64,000 nucleotides of DNA from Bacteroidia bacterium (GCA_965279035.1 OZ257142.1:608001-672000); one strand, 5' to 3'; shown: positions 28,172-39,293, numbered from the stretch's first letter. The notes: generated by a model from the sequence alone, not told the origin. Translations and numbers: made by a program.

Positions 28172-30355
28172 ATGAAACGTTTAATTATTATCTGTCTCGT
28201 ACTTGCAGGTATGTCGTCTCAACACGTTGCTCGCGCCGACGAAGGCATGTGGCTTCCGCTGTTGCTCAAGCGATTGAATTACGACGACATGAAGAAAAAA
28301 GGCTGTAAGTTGACTGCCGATGAAATCTATAACATCAATACTTCCAGTTTAAAGGATGCTGTTGTGATGTTAAGTGGTGGTTCCTGTTCGGCCGAAGCGA
28401 TATCATCACAAGGTCTTTTACTTACCAATCACCACTGTGGATACGAAGCTATTCAAACCAATTCGAGTGTAGAACACGATTATCTCACCAATGGTTTTTA
28501 TGCAAAATCGCATGCAGAAGAATTGCCTTCAGGTGGTATTACTGCTTCATTCCTTGTTCGTATTGAAGATGTAACTCAACGCATTTTAGCTGAATTAAAT
28601 CCTTCTATGAGCGAAGGTGAGCGTACTGCAAAAGTGCGTCAGCTTTATAAAACGATTGAGAAAGAAGCTACCGAAGGAACTGGCTATGATGCAGCAGTAA
28701 AAGGCTTTTTTGATGGAAATGAGTTTTACCTTTTTGTTTACGAGACCTTTACAGACGTACGTTTGGTTGGTGCTCCACCTGAATCGGTAGGAAAATTTGG
28801 TGGCGATACCGACAATTGGATGTGGCCTCGTCATACAGGTGACTTCAGTTTATTGCGAGTTTATGCTGGACCAGACAATAAACCTGCTGCATTTTCACCC
28901 GAAAATCAACCCTATAAACCCAAGCATTTTCTTCCTGTTTCATTAGATGGTGTGAAAGAAGATGATTTCACTATGGTGATGGGATATCCAGGAAGAACTG
29001 ATCGTTACCTTACTTCGTATGGTGTTCAAATGGCTTTGGATTTAAGCAATCCAGCTGTAGTTAAAATCCGCGACAAGAAGTTGAAGCTCATGAAGGAAGA
29101 TATGGATGCTAGTACCGAAATCCGTATCAAATACGCTTCAACATACGCTCAAACAGCCAACTACTGGAAGTATTTTATTGGACAAAGTCAGCAATTGAAA
29201 AACAACGGTGTTGTAGAAAAGAAAAAAGACTTAGAAAATAAGTTTCAAACCTGGGCTGGTCAAGATCCTCAACGACTTGCTAAATATGGTTATGCTTTGC
29301 GTGATTTAGAAACCGCATACAACGACATGCGAAAAGTTACGCTACTTCGTACATATTTGAACGAGGCGATTTTGCAAGGTGCTGGTGTTCCGTTTTTTGC
29401 TTATCAAATGAGCCAGTTGAAGGAAGTAATTGGCGATACGAGCAATCCTGCTGGTGTGGCTGAAGCCATAGCTGAAGTTCGTGAAGCAGGTAAAGGATTT
29501 TACAAAGACTTTAATCTAGGAACAGATAAAAAATTGTTAGAGGCAATGCTTCAACTCTATTCTGAAGGAATTGCCAAAGAACAACAACCTGCTCTTCTCG
29601 ATTCTATTCGTTTAAAATACAATGGAAATTTCAAAAGTTATGTGGAAGATTTATATGCACGTTCTGTATTTTCTTCTATCGATAAATTCAACAATTTCTT
29701 AGATAATCCAACGGTTGAGGTTCTTGAAAAAGATCCCGCTTCTGAATTAAGCTCTGCTTTCTTGAAGAATTTTATCACGAATTATCGTCCTCAAATAACA
29801 GAGATACAATCGCGTATCGACAAAGGAAACCGTGCTTTTGTAGCTGGTTTACGTGAGATGATGCCCGATAAAAAATTCTACCCGAATGCGAATTCAACCA
29901 TGCGCTTAACTTATGGACAGGTGAAAGACTATGATCCACGCGACGCAGTTGAATATCTTGAATTTACTACCCTTAAAGGAGTAATTGAAAAAGAAGATGC
30001 ATCAAATCCTGAATTCTACGTTCCAGCTGGATTAAAAGAGTTGTACAAAAATAAAGATTACGGTATTTATGCCGAAAAAGGGGAAATCCACACCTGCTTC
30101 ATTTCTACCAACGACATTACCGGAGGAAATTCTGGAAGTCCCGTTATTAATGGGAAAGGTCAACTTATTGGTTGTGCTTTTGACGGGAATTGGGAAGCCA
30201 TGAGTGGAGATATTTTCTTTGAAGACAAAGTTCAAAGGACCATTTCTGCCGACATTCGTTACATTCTTTTCCTTATTGACAAATTAGGTGGAGCAGGTAA
30301 CATTGTTGACGAAATGCAACTGATGCGTAAAGGTAAAATTGTGAAACGATCTTAA
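28172..30355 (+). CDS. dpp7: S46 dipeptidyl peptidase, DPP7-type
   Basis: ADEGMWLP, TNHHC, DNWMWPRHTGDFS, TGGNSGSPV. AFDGNWE has Gly at the position where DPP11 has Arg. Confidence 0.9.
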   Translation: MKRLIIICLVLAGMSSQHVARADEGMWLPLLLKRLNYDDMKKKGCKLTADEIYNINTSSLKDAVVMLSGGSCSAEAISSQGLLLTNHHCGYEAIQTNSSVEHDYLTNGFYAKSHAEELPSGGITASFLVRIEDVTQRILAELNPSMSEGERTAKVRQLYKTIEKEATEGTGYDAAVKGFFDGNEFYLFVYETFTDVRLVGAPPESVGKFGGDTDNWMWPRHTGDFSLLRVYAGPDNKPAAFSPENQPYKPKHFLPVSLDGVKEDDFTMVMGYPGRTDRYLTSYGVQMALDLSNPAVVKIRDKKLKLMKEDMDASTEIRIKYASTYAQTANYWKYFIGQSQQLKNNGVVEKKKDLENKFQTWAGQDPQRLAKYGYALRDLETAYNDMRKVTLLRTYLNEAILQGAGVPFFAYQMSQLKEVIGDTSNPAGVAEAIAEVREAGKGFYKDFNLGTDKKLLEAMLQLYSEGIAKEQQPALLDSIRLKYNGNFKSYVEDLYARSVFSSIDKFNNFLDNPTVEVLEKDPASELSSAFLKNFITNYRPQITEIQSRIDKGNRAFVAGLREMMPDKKFYPNANSTMRLTYGQVKDYDPRDAVEYLEFTTLKGVIEKEDASNPEFYVPAGLKELYKNKDYGIYAEKGEIHTCFISTNDITGGNSGSPVINGKGQLIGCAFDGNWEAMSGDIFFEDKVQRTISADIRYILFLIDKLGGAGNIVDEMQLMRKGKIVKRS

Positions 30356-30375
30356 AATTCACAAACTCTAAATCG

Positions 30376-30409
30376 AAAACGGAAGTCAAACAATGGCTTC
30401 CGTTTTTTT
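30376..30409 (+). terminator. Intrinsic terminator after dpp7
   Basis: AAAACGGAAGTCA-AACAA-TGGCTTCCGTTTTTTT. Confidence 0.85.
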
Positions 30410-30454
30410 ATGCTTTTATTTTCGGTATTTTACAATCTCTATCAAACTTACCAC

Positions 30455-31084
30455 ATGAAACGGATTATTTTCTTTGCCTTTTTGCTTTTACCAGCACTTG
30501 GCTATTCTCAGGTAAGCAAACCAGGAAGGGTTTCTCTAGGAGTTCGATCTACGATGAGTTTATTTAATCACGGAAATGTAAAAGACTTTGGATATGGAAT
30601 GGGAGGGCATTTTCGAGTTCAGCTTACCAATCGAGTGAATACAGAATGGTTTGCCGATTATTTAACGAACAATTCTGGTAATTCTGGTTATCGTCAGGAT
30701 GGACATATTGGTTGGTCGGTCATGTATTATTTAGTTGAGACGAACGATTTTCAGCGAAAATTCACACCATATATTGTTGCAGGACATTGTTTCGACTATT
30801 CGAAATTAACGGTTCGTCCTGATGGAAACAATAATGTCTTAGTGGCCTTGCCACAAACCGGAACCCGTTGGACATCAGCAATTCAAACAGGTATTGGAAC
30901 ACATTATAATATCAGTTCTAAATTCGATATTTCTCTAGCAGCTCAATACATGATGCATTTTGGAAAAGATTTAGAAGTAGAAGAATCACCTGTTAGGCAA
31001 GTTGTTGTGGAATTCGCTCACAAAGGAATAGAAGGACATTTACTGATCTCATTAAGTGCTAACATTAAACTTGTCAGAGAATGA
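30455..31084 (+). CDS. Outer-membrane beta-barrel protein (small OmpA/PorT-like barrel)
   Basis: Signal peptide MKRIIFF...YSQ; amphipathic strands (FGYGMGGHFRVQL, FTPYIVAG, IQTGIGTHYNI). Confidence 0.7.
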   Translation: MKRIIFFAFLLLPALGYSQVSKPGRVSLGVRSTMSLFNHGNVKDFGYGMGGHFRVQLTNRVNTEWFADYLTNNSGNSGYRQDGHIGWSVMYYLVETNDFQRKFTPYIVAGHCFDYSKLTVRPDGNNNVLVALPQTGTRWTSAIQTGIGTHYNISSKFDISLAAQYMMHFGKDLEVEESPVRQVVVEFAHKGIEGHLLISLSANIKLVRE

Positions 31085-31647
31085 AAAAGCATCTTATCGT
31101 TTTTTTTAGTCTGCTCGTTTATTATTCGGCTAATTCGCAAGGAACTTTTTCCAAAACACATGGATTTAGATGGATGGGAACTTTTGCACCGGGCGTTTTT
31201 ACTGCGAATGGAGCAACATCCATCTATTTTGCTGGCGATTGGGATTATTACTTCAACGAACATATTTCGATGAATGGTGAAGGGCAGTATTTTCTTTCAA
31301 AACTATCAGGAAACAGCAGCATAAACAGTTATCATGCTTTGCTTTGGGGAATGAATTATCACTTCACTCTAAACAAACAACTCGATCCTTTTTTTGGTAT
31401 GGAACCCGGTTTGGGCTTTGTTGATGGTGTTCGACTTTTAGGGTCTAAACCCAGGAAATTTGAAACAGTTCCGCTCATTACTTTTTCGGCAGGAACCAAC
31501 TTTTATGTTGGATCCATCTTTCACTTCTTTGTAAAAGTCCGCTATCTTCAAGGACAATCTCTTTCTGCAACCGATTACCATCTTTCATTAAGCGAATTCC
31601 GATTTATGGCTGGTTTAGGACTGAACTTAGGAATCAAAAAGCGTTGA
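31081..31647 (+). CDS. Outer-membrane beta-barrel protein
   Basis: Signal peptide; strands WDYYFNEHISM, LDPFFGMEPGLG, FRFMAGLGLNL; 4-bp overlap with the upstream gene. Confidence 0.7.
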   Translation: MKKHLIVFFSLLVYYSANSQGTFSKTHGFRWMGTFAPGVFTANGATSIYFAGDWDYYFNEHISMNGEGQYFLSKLSGNSSINSYHALLWGMNYHFTLNKQLDPFFGMEPGLGFVDGVRLLGSKPRKFETVPLITFSAGTNFYVGSIFHFFVKVRYLQGQSLSATDYHLSLSEFRFMAGLGLNLGIKKR

Positions 31648-31648
31648 A

Positions 31649-32392
31649 TTATTCACTTAGAGTTGATGGATATTTCATCTTGAGGCCATCTAAATATTCA
31701 ACAATTATTGATGCAATGAGAAAATCCTTGTACCAGTTTTGGTCCGATGGAATGATATGCCATTTAGCACTTTCGCTACATTCTACAAAAATATCCTCTA
31801 ATGCTTCTCGGTATTGGGGCCAAAATTTCGCCTCGGCTAAGTCAGAAGCTTTGTATTTCCAACGTTTCTCAGGGTTTGATAAACGTTCCTCAAAACGTTC
31901 ATTCTGCTCTTCTTCCGAAATATGGAGATAGAATTTCAAAATATGCGTTCCGGAATCTCTTAATAATGCTTCCCATGCATTGATATGAGCAAATCGACGC
32001 TTGATATTTTCCATTGGCAATAAGCCATGAACTCTTGGTACAATTACATCTTCATAATGCGAACGATTGAAAATTTGAATCATTCCTAATTCAGGTGCAT
32101 GTTGATGAATTCGCCATAGGAAATCATGCGACTTTTCTTCATCAGTTGGAACTTTGAAAGCCTTCACCAAACATCCCATTGGATTCACTCCACTGAATAC
32201 ATTTTTCACAGCACCATCTTTTCCTGAAGCATCCATCCCCTGAATGACAATCAATAAACTATGCTTCTTTTCAGCATACATTACTGCTTGTAATTCCCGC
32301 AATCTGATTTGCAGCTCTTCTAATTTCGCTTTGGTTACGTCTTTTTTATAATCCTTAGGTGATTTTGTTGAGATACTTAATAGATGCGACAT
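31649..32392 (-). CDS. ppk2: Polyphosphate kinase 2 family protein
   Basis: QGMDASGKDG Walker A, HDFLWR, FNRSHYEDV, KFYLHIS. Confidence 0.93.
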   Translation of the reverse strand: MSHLLSISTKSPKDYKKDVTKAKLEELQIRLRELQAVMYAEKKHSLLIVIQGMDASGKDGAVKNVFSGVNPMGCLVKAFKVPTDEEKSHDFLWRIHQHAPELGMIQIFNRSHYEDVIVPRVHGLLPMENIKRRFAHINAWEALLRDSGTHILKFYLHISEEEQNERFEERLSNPEKRWKYKASDLAEAKFWPQYREALEDIFVECSESAKWHIIPSDQNWYKDFLIASIIVEYLDGLKMKYPSTLSE

Positions 32393-32395
32393 GTG

Positions 32396-33673
32396 TTAGA
32401 TAATTAAATGAATGATAGTGCTTAAAATACTCAGTGAAATAAGGATGATCATTCGTGGAATTGTGAGTTTATACACACTTTCGGATGCCCAAATTCGAAT
32501 ATAGATTGTTTTTAAAATGGTATTACTCAAAATGGCCAACAAACACGAGGTTACTAAAAATTTCTCAGGAGTAACAAATTGACCTTGAAAGAGATTCATT
32601 AAGAAAGGGTCGATATCGGTAAATCCGATCACTATCGCTAGGAAATTCAACCCGGAATCACCAAAATACTCAAGACAATATTGAGAAATTATCGAAAACA
32701 AGAGATAAAGTCCCGAAAAGATGATCGCTACTTTTAATTCTAAAGGATTGTTTTCTAGTGTTTCGGGAGCAGGAATAGTAGCGATTTCATCTTCCTTTTT
32801 TCGTGTTAATAATAGACCTGAAATTCCCGCGAATAAAGCAATTCCGAATAGATAGGGGATAAGTTGAATTGCTAATTCGGGATTGAAAACAAAGGCCAAA
32901 ATCCCAACTCGAATATACATTGCCGCATTGGCGAATAAAATTCCTGCAGCATGAGATAATGGACGATTTGTATGTGTTTTACTTTGTCTTGACAAAACAA
33001 TTGTAGCTGCCGTACTGCTATAAAACCCCGCAAGTGCGCCCGAAATCTCTTCGCCACCTTGGGGAAAAATGAACTTGCGAATGAGATAACTCGCATACGA
33101 AATCCCAGAAATAACAACAACAGCTAAGTAGAGATTGTAAAAGGAAATTTGGTCAAAACCAGGAATGGGTGTCGTAGGAACTATAGGAAGGATAAGTCCA
33201 GCCATTGCTAGAAATTTGGCTAATGTGATAAATTCATCATCAGCTGTTTTGCTAATCAATCCTTTGAAAAAGCCCTTCATCTCGGTGAGAATAAGAACTC
33301 CGATAACCAAAATGAGAACTAAACTATTGGGTAAAAGAACGATGCAAGGTCCTAAACTGTATGTTATTAATGCAACAACAAGGCTTGTGATGCCCATATG
33401 TTGTAGTTCTTTACTTCTTTGATAATAATAAACGCTCAGCCAAAGTCCAATAAGTAAACCTCCGCCTGTAAATAATCGCCATTCAATAGGATCGAGTCGA
33501 AAGAGGATAAAACCGAGTATTCCGATGAATGCAAAAGTTCGATCGGTGCCGAAAATTGTTCCTCCTTGTTCGTTCGAATGCAGGCGTCTTTGCTCTAAAC
33601 CAATGAGTAAAGAGAAAATTCCTGTTAGCAATAAATTTAATACATCCGATGGAATACGATCGATAAATCCCAT
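32396..33673 (-). CDS. MgtC/SapB-like (DUF4010-type) membrane protein
   Basis: LIGLEQR, FGTDRTFAFIG, VISGISYASY, GFYSSTAAT; many TM segments. Confidence 0.8.
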   Translation of the reverse strand: MGFIDRIPSDVLNLLLTGIFSLLIGLEQRRLHSNEQGGTIFGTDRTFAFIGILGFILFRLDPIEWRLFTGGGLLIGLWLSVYYYQRSKELQHMGITSLVVALITYSLGPCIVLLPNSLVLILVIGVLILTEMKGFFKGLISKTADDEFITLAKFLAMAGLILPIVPTTPIPGFDQISFYNLYLAVVVISGISYASYLIRKFIFPQGGEEISGALAGFYSSTAATIVLSRQSKTHTNRPLSHAAGILFANAAMYIRVGILAFVFNPELAIQLIPYLFGIALFAGISGLLLTRKKEDEIATIPAPETLENNPLELKVAIIFSGLYLLFSIISQYCLEYFGDSGLNFLAIVIGFTDIDPFLMNLFQGQFVTPEKFLVTSCLLAILSNTILKTIYIRIWASESVYKLTIPRMIILISLSILSTIIHLII

Positions 33674-33707
33674 TCAATAAAAGTAGTGTTTATAGACGAT
33701 TCAGCAG

Positions 33708-35246
33708 CTATCCTGCCCAGTTTTCACGATCCAAACTTCGAAGTTGAATTGCCTCTGCTAAATGTGACAAATCAATCGAACGTGATCCTTCTAAATCGGC
33801 AACAGTGCGCGCTACTTTCAAGATACGGTCGTATGCTCTTGCCGATAATGACAAACGTTCCATGGCTGTTTTTAGCAATTGATTTCCTTCAGGACTAATC
33901 TGACACCAGTTTCGAAGCATTCTCGAATTCATTTGTGCGTTACAATGCACTCCGGGTACTTCTTCGAAGCGTTCTTTTTGAATATTTCTTGCGTGAATAA
34001 CACGTTCTCTGATTGACGAACTCGGCTCAGAATTTCGTTTAGCAGTAAGTTCATCAAACTTTACAGGCGTTACTTCAACATGCAAATCAATTCGATCCAA
34101 CAGAGGACCTGAAACGCGGTTGAGGTATTTCTGAACGATACCAGGTCCGCATACACATTCTTTCTCCGGATGATTATAATATCCACATGGGCATGGGTTC
34201 ATCGAAGCAATAAGCATAAAACTAGCGGGATATTCAACAGTAGATCGTGCTCTTGAAATGGTTACGATACGATCTTCCAAAGGCTGACGCATTACTTCCA
34301 ATACGGTGCGTTTAAATTCAGGAAGTTCGTCAAGAAATAGAACACCATTATGAGCTAAGGAAATTTCACCTGGTTGGGGATGTCCACCACCTCCAACTAA
34401 AGCAACATCCGAAATAGTATGATGTGGGTTTCGGAATGGACGAGTAGAAAGCAATGCGGAGTTTTTCCCCAACTTCCCTGCAACAGAATGAATCTTTGTT
34501 GTTTCGAGTGCTTCTTCTAATGTAAACGATGGAAGAATGGAAGGCAATCGTTTTGCTAGCATCGTTTTACCTGCACCAGGTGGTCCAATAAGAATGACAT
34601 TATGCCCACCCGCAGCAGCAATTTCCATCGCTCTTTTAATATTTTCCTGACCTTTTACATCCGAAAAATCAACTTCAGAAAATAAACGAGCTGCAGCAAA
34701 TTCAGCTTCCGGATCAATCTGAATTTGTTCAAGTACATCTTCTCCCGAAAGAAAACGAATTACTTCTGATAAATTTCCTGCACCGTAAACTTCCAAATCA
34801 CTTACAATGGCGGCTTCACGTGCATTTTCCGAAGGTAAAATCAATCCTTTGAAACCTTCCGTTCTTGCTTGAATGGCAATAGGAAGTGCACCTCGAATTG
34901 GTAAAATCCCGCCATCAAGCGACAATTCTCCCATAATGAGATATTCTGAAAGTCGGTCAGAAGGAATTTGTCCAGATGCAGCTGCAATTCCCATAGCGAT
35001 AGTTAAATCATAGGAAGAACCTTCTTTTCGGATATCTGCAGGAGCCATATTGACTACAATTTTCTTCCCCGGCATACGATATCCATTGAGATTAAGCGCT
35101 GATTCGATTCGTTGTTGACTCTCTTTTACGGCGCTGTCGGGTAATCCAACAAGAAAAAATTTGATTCCTTGAGTTACCGTAACTTCAACTGTAATTGTTG
35201 TAGCATGAATGCCAGAAACGGCACTGCCAAAGGCTTTCACAAGCAT
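33708..35246 (-). CDS. comM: YifB/ComM Mg-chelatase-like AAA+ ATPase
   Basis: [62 protein letters not shown]. Confidence 0.95.
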   Translation of the reverse strand: MLVKAFGSAVSGIHATTITVEVTVTQGIKFFLVGLPDSAVKESQQRIESALNLNGYRMPGKKIVVNMAPADIRKEGSSYDLTIAMGIAAASGQIPSDRLSEYLIMGELSLDGGILPIRGALPIAIQARTEGFKGLILPSENAREAAIVSDLEVYGAGNLSEVIRFLSGEDVLEQIQIDPEAEFAAARLFSEVDFSDVKGQENIKRAMEIAAAGGHNVILIGPPGAGKTMLAKRLPSILPSFTLEEALETTKIHSVAGKLGKNSALLSTRPFRNPHHTISDVALVGGGGHPQPGEISLAHNGVLFLDELPEFKRTVLEVMRQPLEDRIVTISRARSTVEYPASFMLIASMNPCPCGYYNHPEKECVCGPGIVQKYLNRVSGPLLDRIDLHVEVTPVKFDELTAKRNSEPSSSIRERVIHARNIQKERFEEVPGVHCNAQMNSRMLRNWCQISPEGNQLLKTAMERLSLSARAYDRILKVARTVADLEGSRSIDLSHLAEAIQLRSLDRENWAG

Positions 35247-35330
35247 AATAAATAATAGATTAAAATAATAGCGTACTAAAACCTAACGCATTTCAGGCCC
35301 GGAACGGCACCAAAACGATATGAAACGAAT

Positions 35331-35906
35331 TTACATCATTCGTTCAATTCCACCAATAAGACTATGAATTACTTTGATGTGAATTTCTTGCGCCCGATCG
35401 GCATATTCTGATTTGGGAGCACGAATCTCAATATCACAAATCCCAGCTATTTTTCCTCCGTCTTTCCCGGTAAGCGCCACAACGAACATTCCTTTTTCCT
35501 TTGCTACTTCGATAGCTCGAATAATATTTATTGAATTCCCGCTAGTACTTATAGCCAACAAAACATCTCCTTTGTTTCCTAGAGCACTGATGTAGCGAGA
35601 AAATATTTCATCAAAACCATAATCATTTCCAACGCAGGTAATATGCGAAGGATCAGAAATAGAAATGGCTGGTAAAGCAGCTCGGTTATTACGAAAACGT
35701 CCACTTAATTCTTCTGCGAAATGCATGGCGTCGCACATAGAACCACCGTTTCCACAGGAAATAATTTTGCCACCATTTAAAATGGAATTTCCCATGGCTT
35801 GTGTTGCGGATTCCACTTTTTTCAGGTTCTCTTCATTTGAAAAAAACTGCGAAAGCACTTCCGATGCTTCTACAAATTGCGCTTTGATGTATTCTAACTG
35901 CGTCAT
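35331..35906 (-). CDS. gmhA: D-sedoheptulose 7-phosphate isomerase
   Basis: [33 protein letters not shown]. Start MTQLEY (35906) overlaps the upstream stop (ATGA). Confidence 0.95.
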   Translation of the reverse strand: MTQLEYIKAQFVEASEVLSQFFSNEENLKKVESATQAMGNSILNGGKIISCGNGGSMCDAMHFAEELSGRFRNNRAALPAISISDPSHITCVGNDYGFDEIFSRYISALGNKGDVLLAISTSGNSINIIRAIEVAKEKGMFVVALTGKDGGKIAGICDIEIRAPKSEYADRAQEIHIKVIHSLIGGIERMM

Positions 35907-36271
35907 TCTTCTTCGTCGTATGGCAAGTAGATGAAACCGGCATTCTCTTTTATCAAGGCAAACACACACACAAATTTGCGTGGGTCTTTGTAATTTTTTC
36001 GGAATGCATCAAGTTTTTCTTCACGTACAATTTTCCGACTTACAAATTCTTCTAATGTAGAAGCGTTGATGCTCCATTCAAGCGCTAATTCTTCTTTATC
36101 GATGATTTGTTTTCCAAGATTTACTTCTTCACGCGAAGCAATAAATAATGGGTATTTTGATACCTGATTATCAAGTATCTCTTCGGCAATTTCTCGAATA
36201 GATTCTTTATAAATCTGCAGGTTTTGATTGAGTTCCTGGAGGTCGGCGGCGTGTTCTTTTGTGTCGAGCAT
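35903..36271 (-). CDS. Hypothetical protein
   Basis: 122-aa ORF translationally coupled to gmhA; no motif recognised. Confidence 0.75.
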   Translation of the reverse strand: MLDTKEHAADLQELNQNLQIYKESIREIAEEILDNQVSKYPLFIASREEVNLGKQIIDKEELALEWSINASTLEEFVSRKIVREEKLDAFRKNYKDPRKFVCVFALIKENAGFIYLPYDEEE

Positions 36272-36291
36272 TAGGGCTGCAAGTTAAGAAA

Positions 36292-37071
36292 TCAATGCTC
36301 CTGCTTTTTACTTTGCTCTATTAGAAAACGCAATTTGACATATTTCTGAAGCGTGTAGTGTGCAGTAAATCGTGCAATCACCCAACCGTAATACCCATCT
36401 AAGAAACCTTTCCTAAGAATGAAATCTCGAAAAAAAGCAAATCCTGAGCGGATATGAAGGTCAAACCAAGTCGCTTTTTTATTTCGTTTAAAATAGGCTT
36501 GAGCTGCAATTTCAGAGAAGTAATTCAGTTTGCGCACATGTTCTTCGATTGTGTAATACGAATAATGGTAAAGATCACCCTCTAAATGCAGCGTTTTTTC
36601 AGATTCAATTGGACTCGCTTTATCATGCGGATTTATTCCTGACCATCGTACTTTTCTTCGGTCGAATAATCGAAGCTTTGTATCCGGATACCAACTTCCA
36701 TGACGAATCCAATGTCCGCAATAATTGCTTAAACGGTTCATGGTAAAGCAAGAAACTGTTGAGTTTTCCTTCGCTTTTAGGAGTGATGTTTTTAATTTTT
36801 CAGATACTTCTTCATCGGCATCTAATGATAAAATGAACTCGTTTGAAGCCTGATCAAGTGCATAGTTTTTTTGTTCAATATGTCCTTGAAAAGCATGTTC
36901 AATAAATCGTGCCCCCAGTTTTTCTGCTATCTCTTTGGTTTTATCTGTCGAAAACGAATCAACTACAACAATCTCATCTACAATGCCTTGCAATGAATTT
37001 ATGCAACGAGCAATGTTTCGTTCTTCGTTGAATGTAATGATGACTGCAGAGATTTTATGCATAGGATTCAA
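36292..37071 (-). CDS. Glycosyltransferase family 2 (WaaE/KdtX-like)
   Basis: ISAVIITFNEE, VVDSFSTDKT, LSLDADE, WYPD, GFLDG. Confidence 0.92.
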   Translation of the reverse strand: MNPMHKISAVIITFNEERNIARCINSLQGIVDEIVVVDSFSTDKTKEIAEKLGARFIEHAFQGHIEQKNYALDQASNEFILSLDADEEVSEKLKTSLLKAKENSTVSCFTMNRLSNYCGHWIRHGSWYPDTKLRLFDRRKVRWSGINPHDKASPIESEKTLHLEGDLYHYSYYTIEEHVRKLNYFSEIAAQAYFKRNKKATWFDLHIRSGFAFFRDFILRKGFLDGYYGWVIARFTAHYTLQKYVKLRFLIEQSKKQEH

Positions 37072-37098
37072 ACCTACTAAAAATGAGTAGATATAAAT

Positions 37099-37127
37099 AA
37101 AAAAGTCTGCCCGTGCGTGGGCAGACC
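37099..37127 (-). terminator. Intrinsic terminator after the XRE regulator
   Basis: AAAAAAGTCTGCCC-GTGCGT-GGGCAGACC. Confidence 0.85.
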
Positions 37128-37148
37128 TTCTATGGTGATGGTTTGTGA

Positions 37149-37667
37149 TTAAGATAAAAGTTCAACAATACGCTCAAGGCCTTTGTTGTAGTTTGTTATT
37201 TGATTTGCATCCAATTTTCGAGATGCAAGATTAGAAGAACAGTCTTTTAATACGTCAACAAAACTTCCAATATTTACATTGTTGTTTTCAAACATATTAC
37301 GAACAACTGCTTTGGTATTCAGTTCTTTACTTTCATCATATAAGTTAATGATCTTACGAAGCAAAGCTACTTCAGAATCGTTTGTAGATGAAGAAGATCC
37401 ACTAAAACCTTGTTGTACACCTGAACCTGGAATATTTAATTTTCGATCTAGGCTATCTGATTCTCCATTTAAGTAACGGATGAAATCATTCAACTCAATA
37501 TCGAATATTTTTGATAAATCCGAAAGTCTGTTAAGACTTAATTTGGTAACGCCACGCTCAATTTTTGAATAAGCACCCACTGTAATATCAAGTGCTTTAG
37601 CGACATTTTCCTGACTCATACTTTTGGAAACGCGAATGAGTCTTAAGCGTTCTGCTTGTTTTTTCAT
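37149..37667 (-). CDS. XRE-family HTH regulator with an uncharacterised C-terminal region
   Basis: RLRLIRVSKSMSQENVAKALDITVGAYSKIERG, then a Ser/Gly-rich linker and a helical tail. Start taken at MKKQ (37667). Confidence 0.85.
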   Translation of the reverse strand: MKKQAERLRLIRVSKSMSQENVAKALDITVGAYSKIERGVTKLSLNRLSDLSKIFDIELNDFIRYLNGESDSLDRKLNIPGSGVQQGFSGSSSSTNDSEVALLRKIINLYDESKELNTKAVVRNMFENNNVNIGSFVDVLKDCSSNLASRKLDANQITNYNKGLERIVELLS

Positions 37668-37849
37668 ATATAAAATGATAGATGGTTGATTGACAAAAAT
37701 ACAAACTTTGGAATCTTCTAATGCAATAAATCGATAATTGGACAAAAAAATAGCTACAAATAGACCTTTCTAGCACAGGTGATTTTTTACATGTCAGTAT
37801 ATCAGTATTTTGCAAACATGAAAAACCTCTTAAAAATTCAAAAATCCTT

Positions 37850-37872
37850 AAAAAATACCCCTTCGGAGGTAT
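37850..37872 (-). terminator. Terminator-like hairpin with no upstream minus-strand ORF
   Basis: Minus strand reads AUACCUC-CGAA-GGGGUAU-UUUUU (7-bp stem including one G.U pair). Confidence 0.45.
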
Positions 37873-37951
37873 ACTCTATCCCAATTTGTTATTTTTTGCA
37901 TTTAATATAAAGTGCACTTTAGTAGAATTATTAAACCCATAGCAGGGGCTC

Positions 37952-37972
37952 TATTTGGAATCAATTCAAATA
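37952..37972. promoter_or_regulatory. Degenerate copy of the feoA-type palindrome upstream of hemA
   Basis: TATTTGGAATCAATTCAAATA; hemA -7 box TAATTTTG at 38025-38032. Confidence 0.45.
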
Positions 37973-38048
37973 AGTTATAGGCTGTGCTTTGACAATTCAA
38001 TGACATTCTTCCTAACAGTTGACGTAATTTTGTGATCTAGATTTTATT

Positions 38049-39293
38049 TTGAAAGAATTCAAAGTCATAGCATTTACCCATCGTCAAACTCCACTCGACC
38101 AAGTTGGACGATATCATATTGATCCAGATTTACGTGTTTCTAAATTGCAAAATCTCAAAGAGATAATGCAGCTTGATGAACTACTTTATCTGAGCACCTG
38201 TAATCGCGTAGAATTTGTATTTCTAACGGAACTTTGTTTTGATCAAGATTTCCTAATTCGCTTTTTTCAAACACTTTCTCCTACTTGGAGTTCAGACGAT
38301 ATTAGTATAACACTTAGTCAAGCTCAACTTATGGAAGGTGAGCAAGCTATTCGACATTTATTTCATGTTGCAGCTTCTTTAGATTCCCTTGTGGTGGGCG
38401 AACGTGAAATCATTACTCAGGTTCGAACTGCTTTTGAAGATTCTTCCAAAGACAAATTAAGTGGAGATTCAATTCGGCTTCTTTTGCGCAAAGTAATCGA
38501 ATCGGCCAAAGACGTTTTTACTTCAACACCAATCGCACGCAATCCAGTTTCTGTTGTATCGCTAGCTTACCGTCATCTTCGTTCTTTACATGTTAAATCG
38601 GACGCTCGTTTTTTAATTATTGGTGCTGGACAAACAAACAGTAATCTCTGCAAATACCTTCACAAACACGGATTTCGGAATTTTACAGTCTTTAACCGAA
38701 GTCTGCCCAAAGCCGAAGAGCTAGCTAATAATATTGGTGGTGTTGCATTGCCACTTGATCAGCTTCAATCGTTTAATAAAGGATTTGATGTTCTCGTTGC
38801 TTGCACAGCGGCTGCTGATCACTTGATCAATACCGAAACATACAAACACATCCTTCAAGGTGAAACCGACACGAAAATCGTAATCGATTTGGCAATTCCA
38901 TACGATGTTGATCCTCATATCTACAAGGAATTTAAAGTAACACCCATTTTAGTTGAAAGCTTGAAGCAAGCTGCTGAAGAAAATCTTGCTTTACGTCGCA
39001 CTGCCTTAGTTCAATGTGAGGAAATTATCGAAAAACACCTCGCTGAATTTCGTTCCATGTTTCGTGAACGATTGATTGAACGTGCCATGAAAGATGTTCC
39101 TAGAAAGGTGCGTGAAATTCGTGAACACGCTACAAATAATGTATTTGCGAAAGATTTAGAAGGACTCGATGACGCCTCTCGCGAATTGTTGGAGAAAATG
39201 ATCTCCTACATGGAGAAAAAATACATCAGCGTTCCCATGAAAATGGCAAAGGAAATTCTGCTGGATCAACACGAATCATGGCAAGAAAAGTAA
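38049..39293 (+). CDS. hemA: Glutamyl-tRNA reductase
   Basis: LSTCNRVE, SLDSLVVGEREIITQV, IIGAGQ, IDLAIP; TTG start. Confidence 0.95.
   Translation: MKEFKVIAFTHRQTPLDQVGRYHIDPDLRVSKLQNLKEIMQLDELLYLSTCNRVEFVFLTELCFDQDFLIRFFQTLSPTWSSDDISITLSQAQLMEGEQAIRHLFHVAASLDSLVVGEREIITQVRTAFEDSSKDKLSGDSIRLLLRKVIESAKDVFTSTPIARNPVSVVSLAYRHLRSLHVKSDARFLIIGAGQTNSNLCKYLHKHGFRNFTVFNRSLPKAEELANNIGGVALPLDQLQSFNKGFDVLVACTAAADHLINTETYKHILQGETDTKIVIDLAIPYDVDPHIYKEFKVTPILVESLKQAAEENLALRRTALVQCEEIIEKHLAEFRSMFRERLIERAMKDVPRKVREIREHATNNVFAKDLEGLDDASRELLEKMISYMEKKYISVPMKMAKEILLDQHESWQEK

Noticed and set aside
33708-35246. comM as an island integration hotspot
   Set aside because: The gene is intact, with no split, flanking repeats or adjacent integrase.
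37149-37667. XRE gene as a prophage repressor
   Set aside because: No phage genes, integrase or att sites nearby; it is flanked by housekeeping genes.
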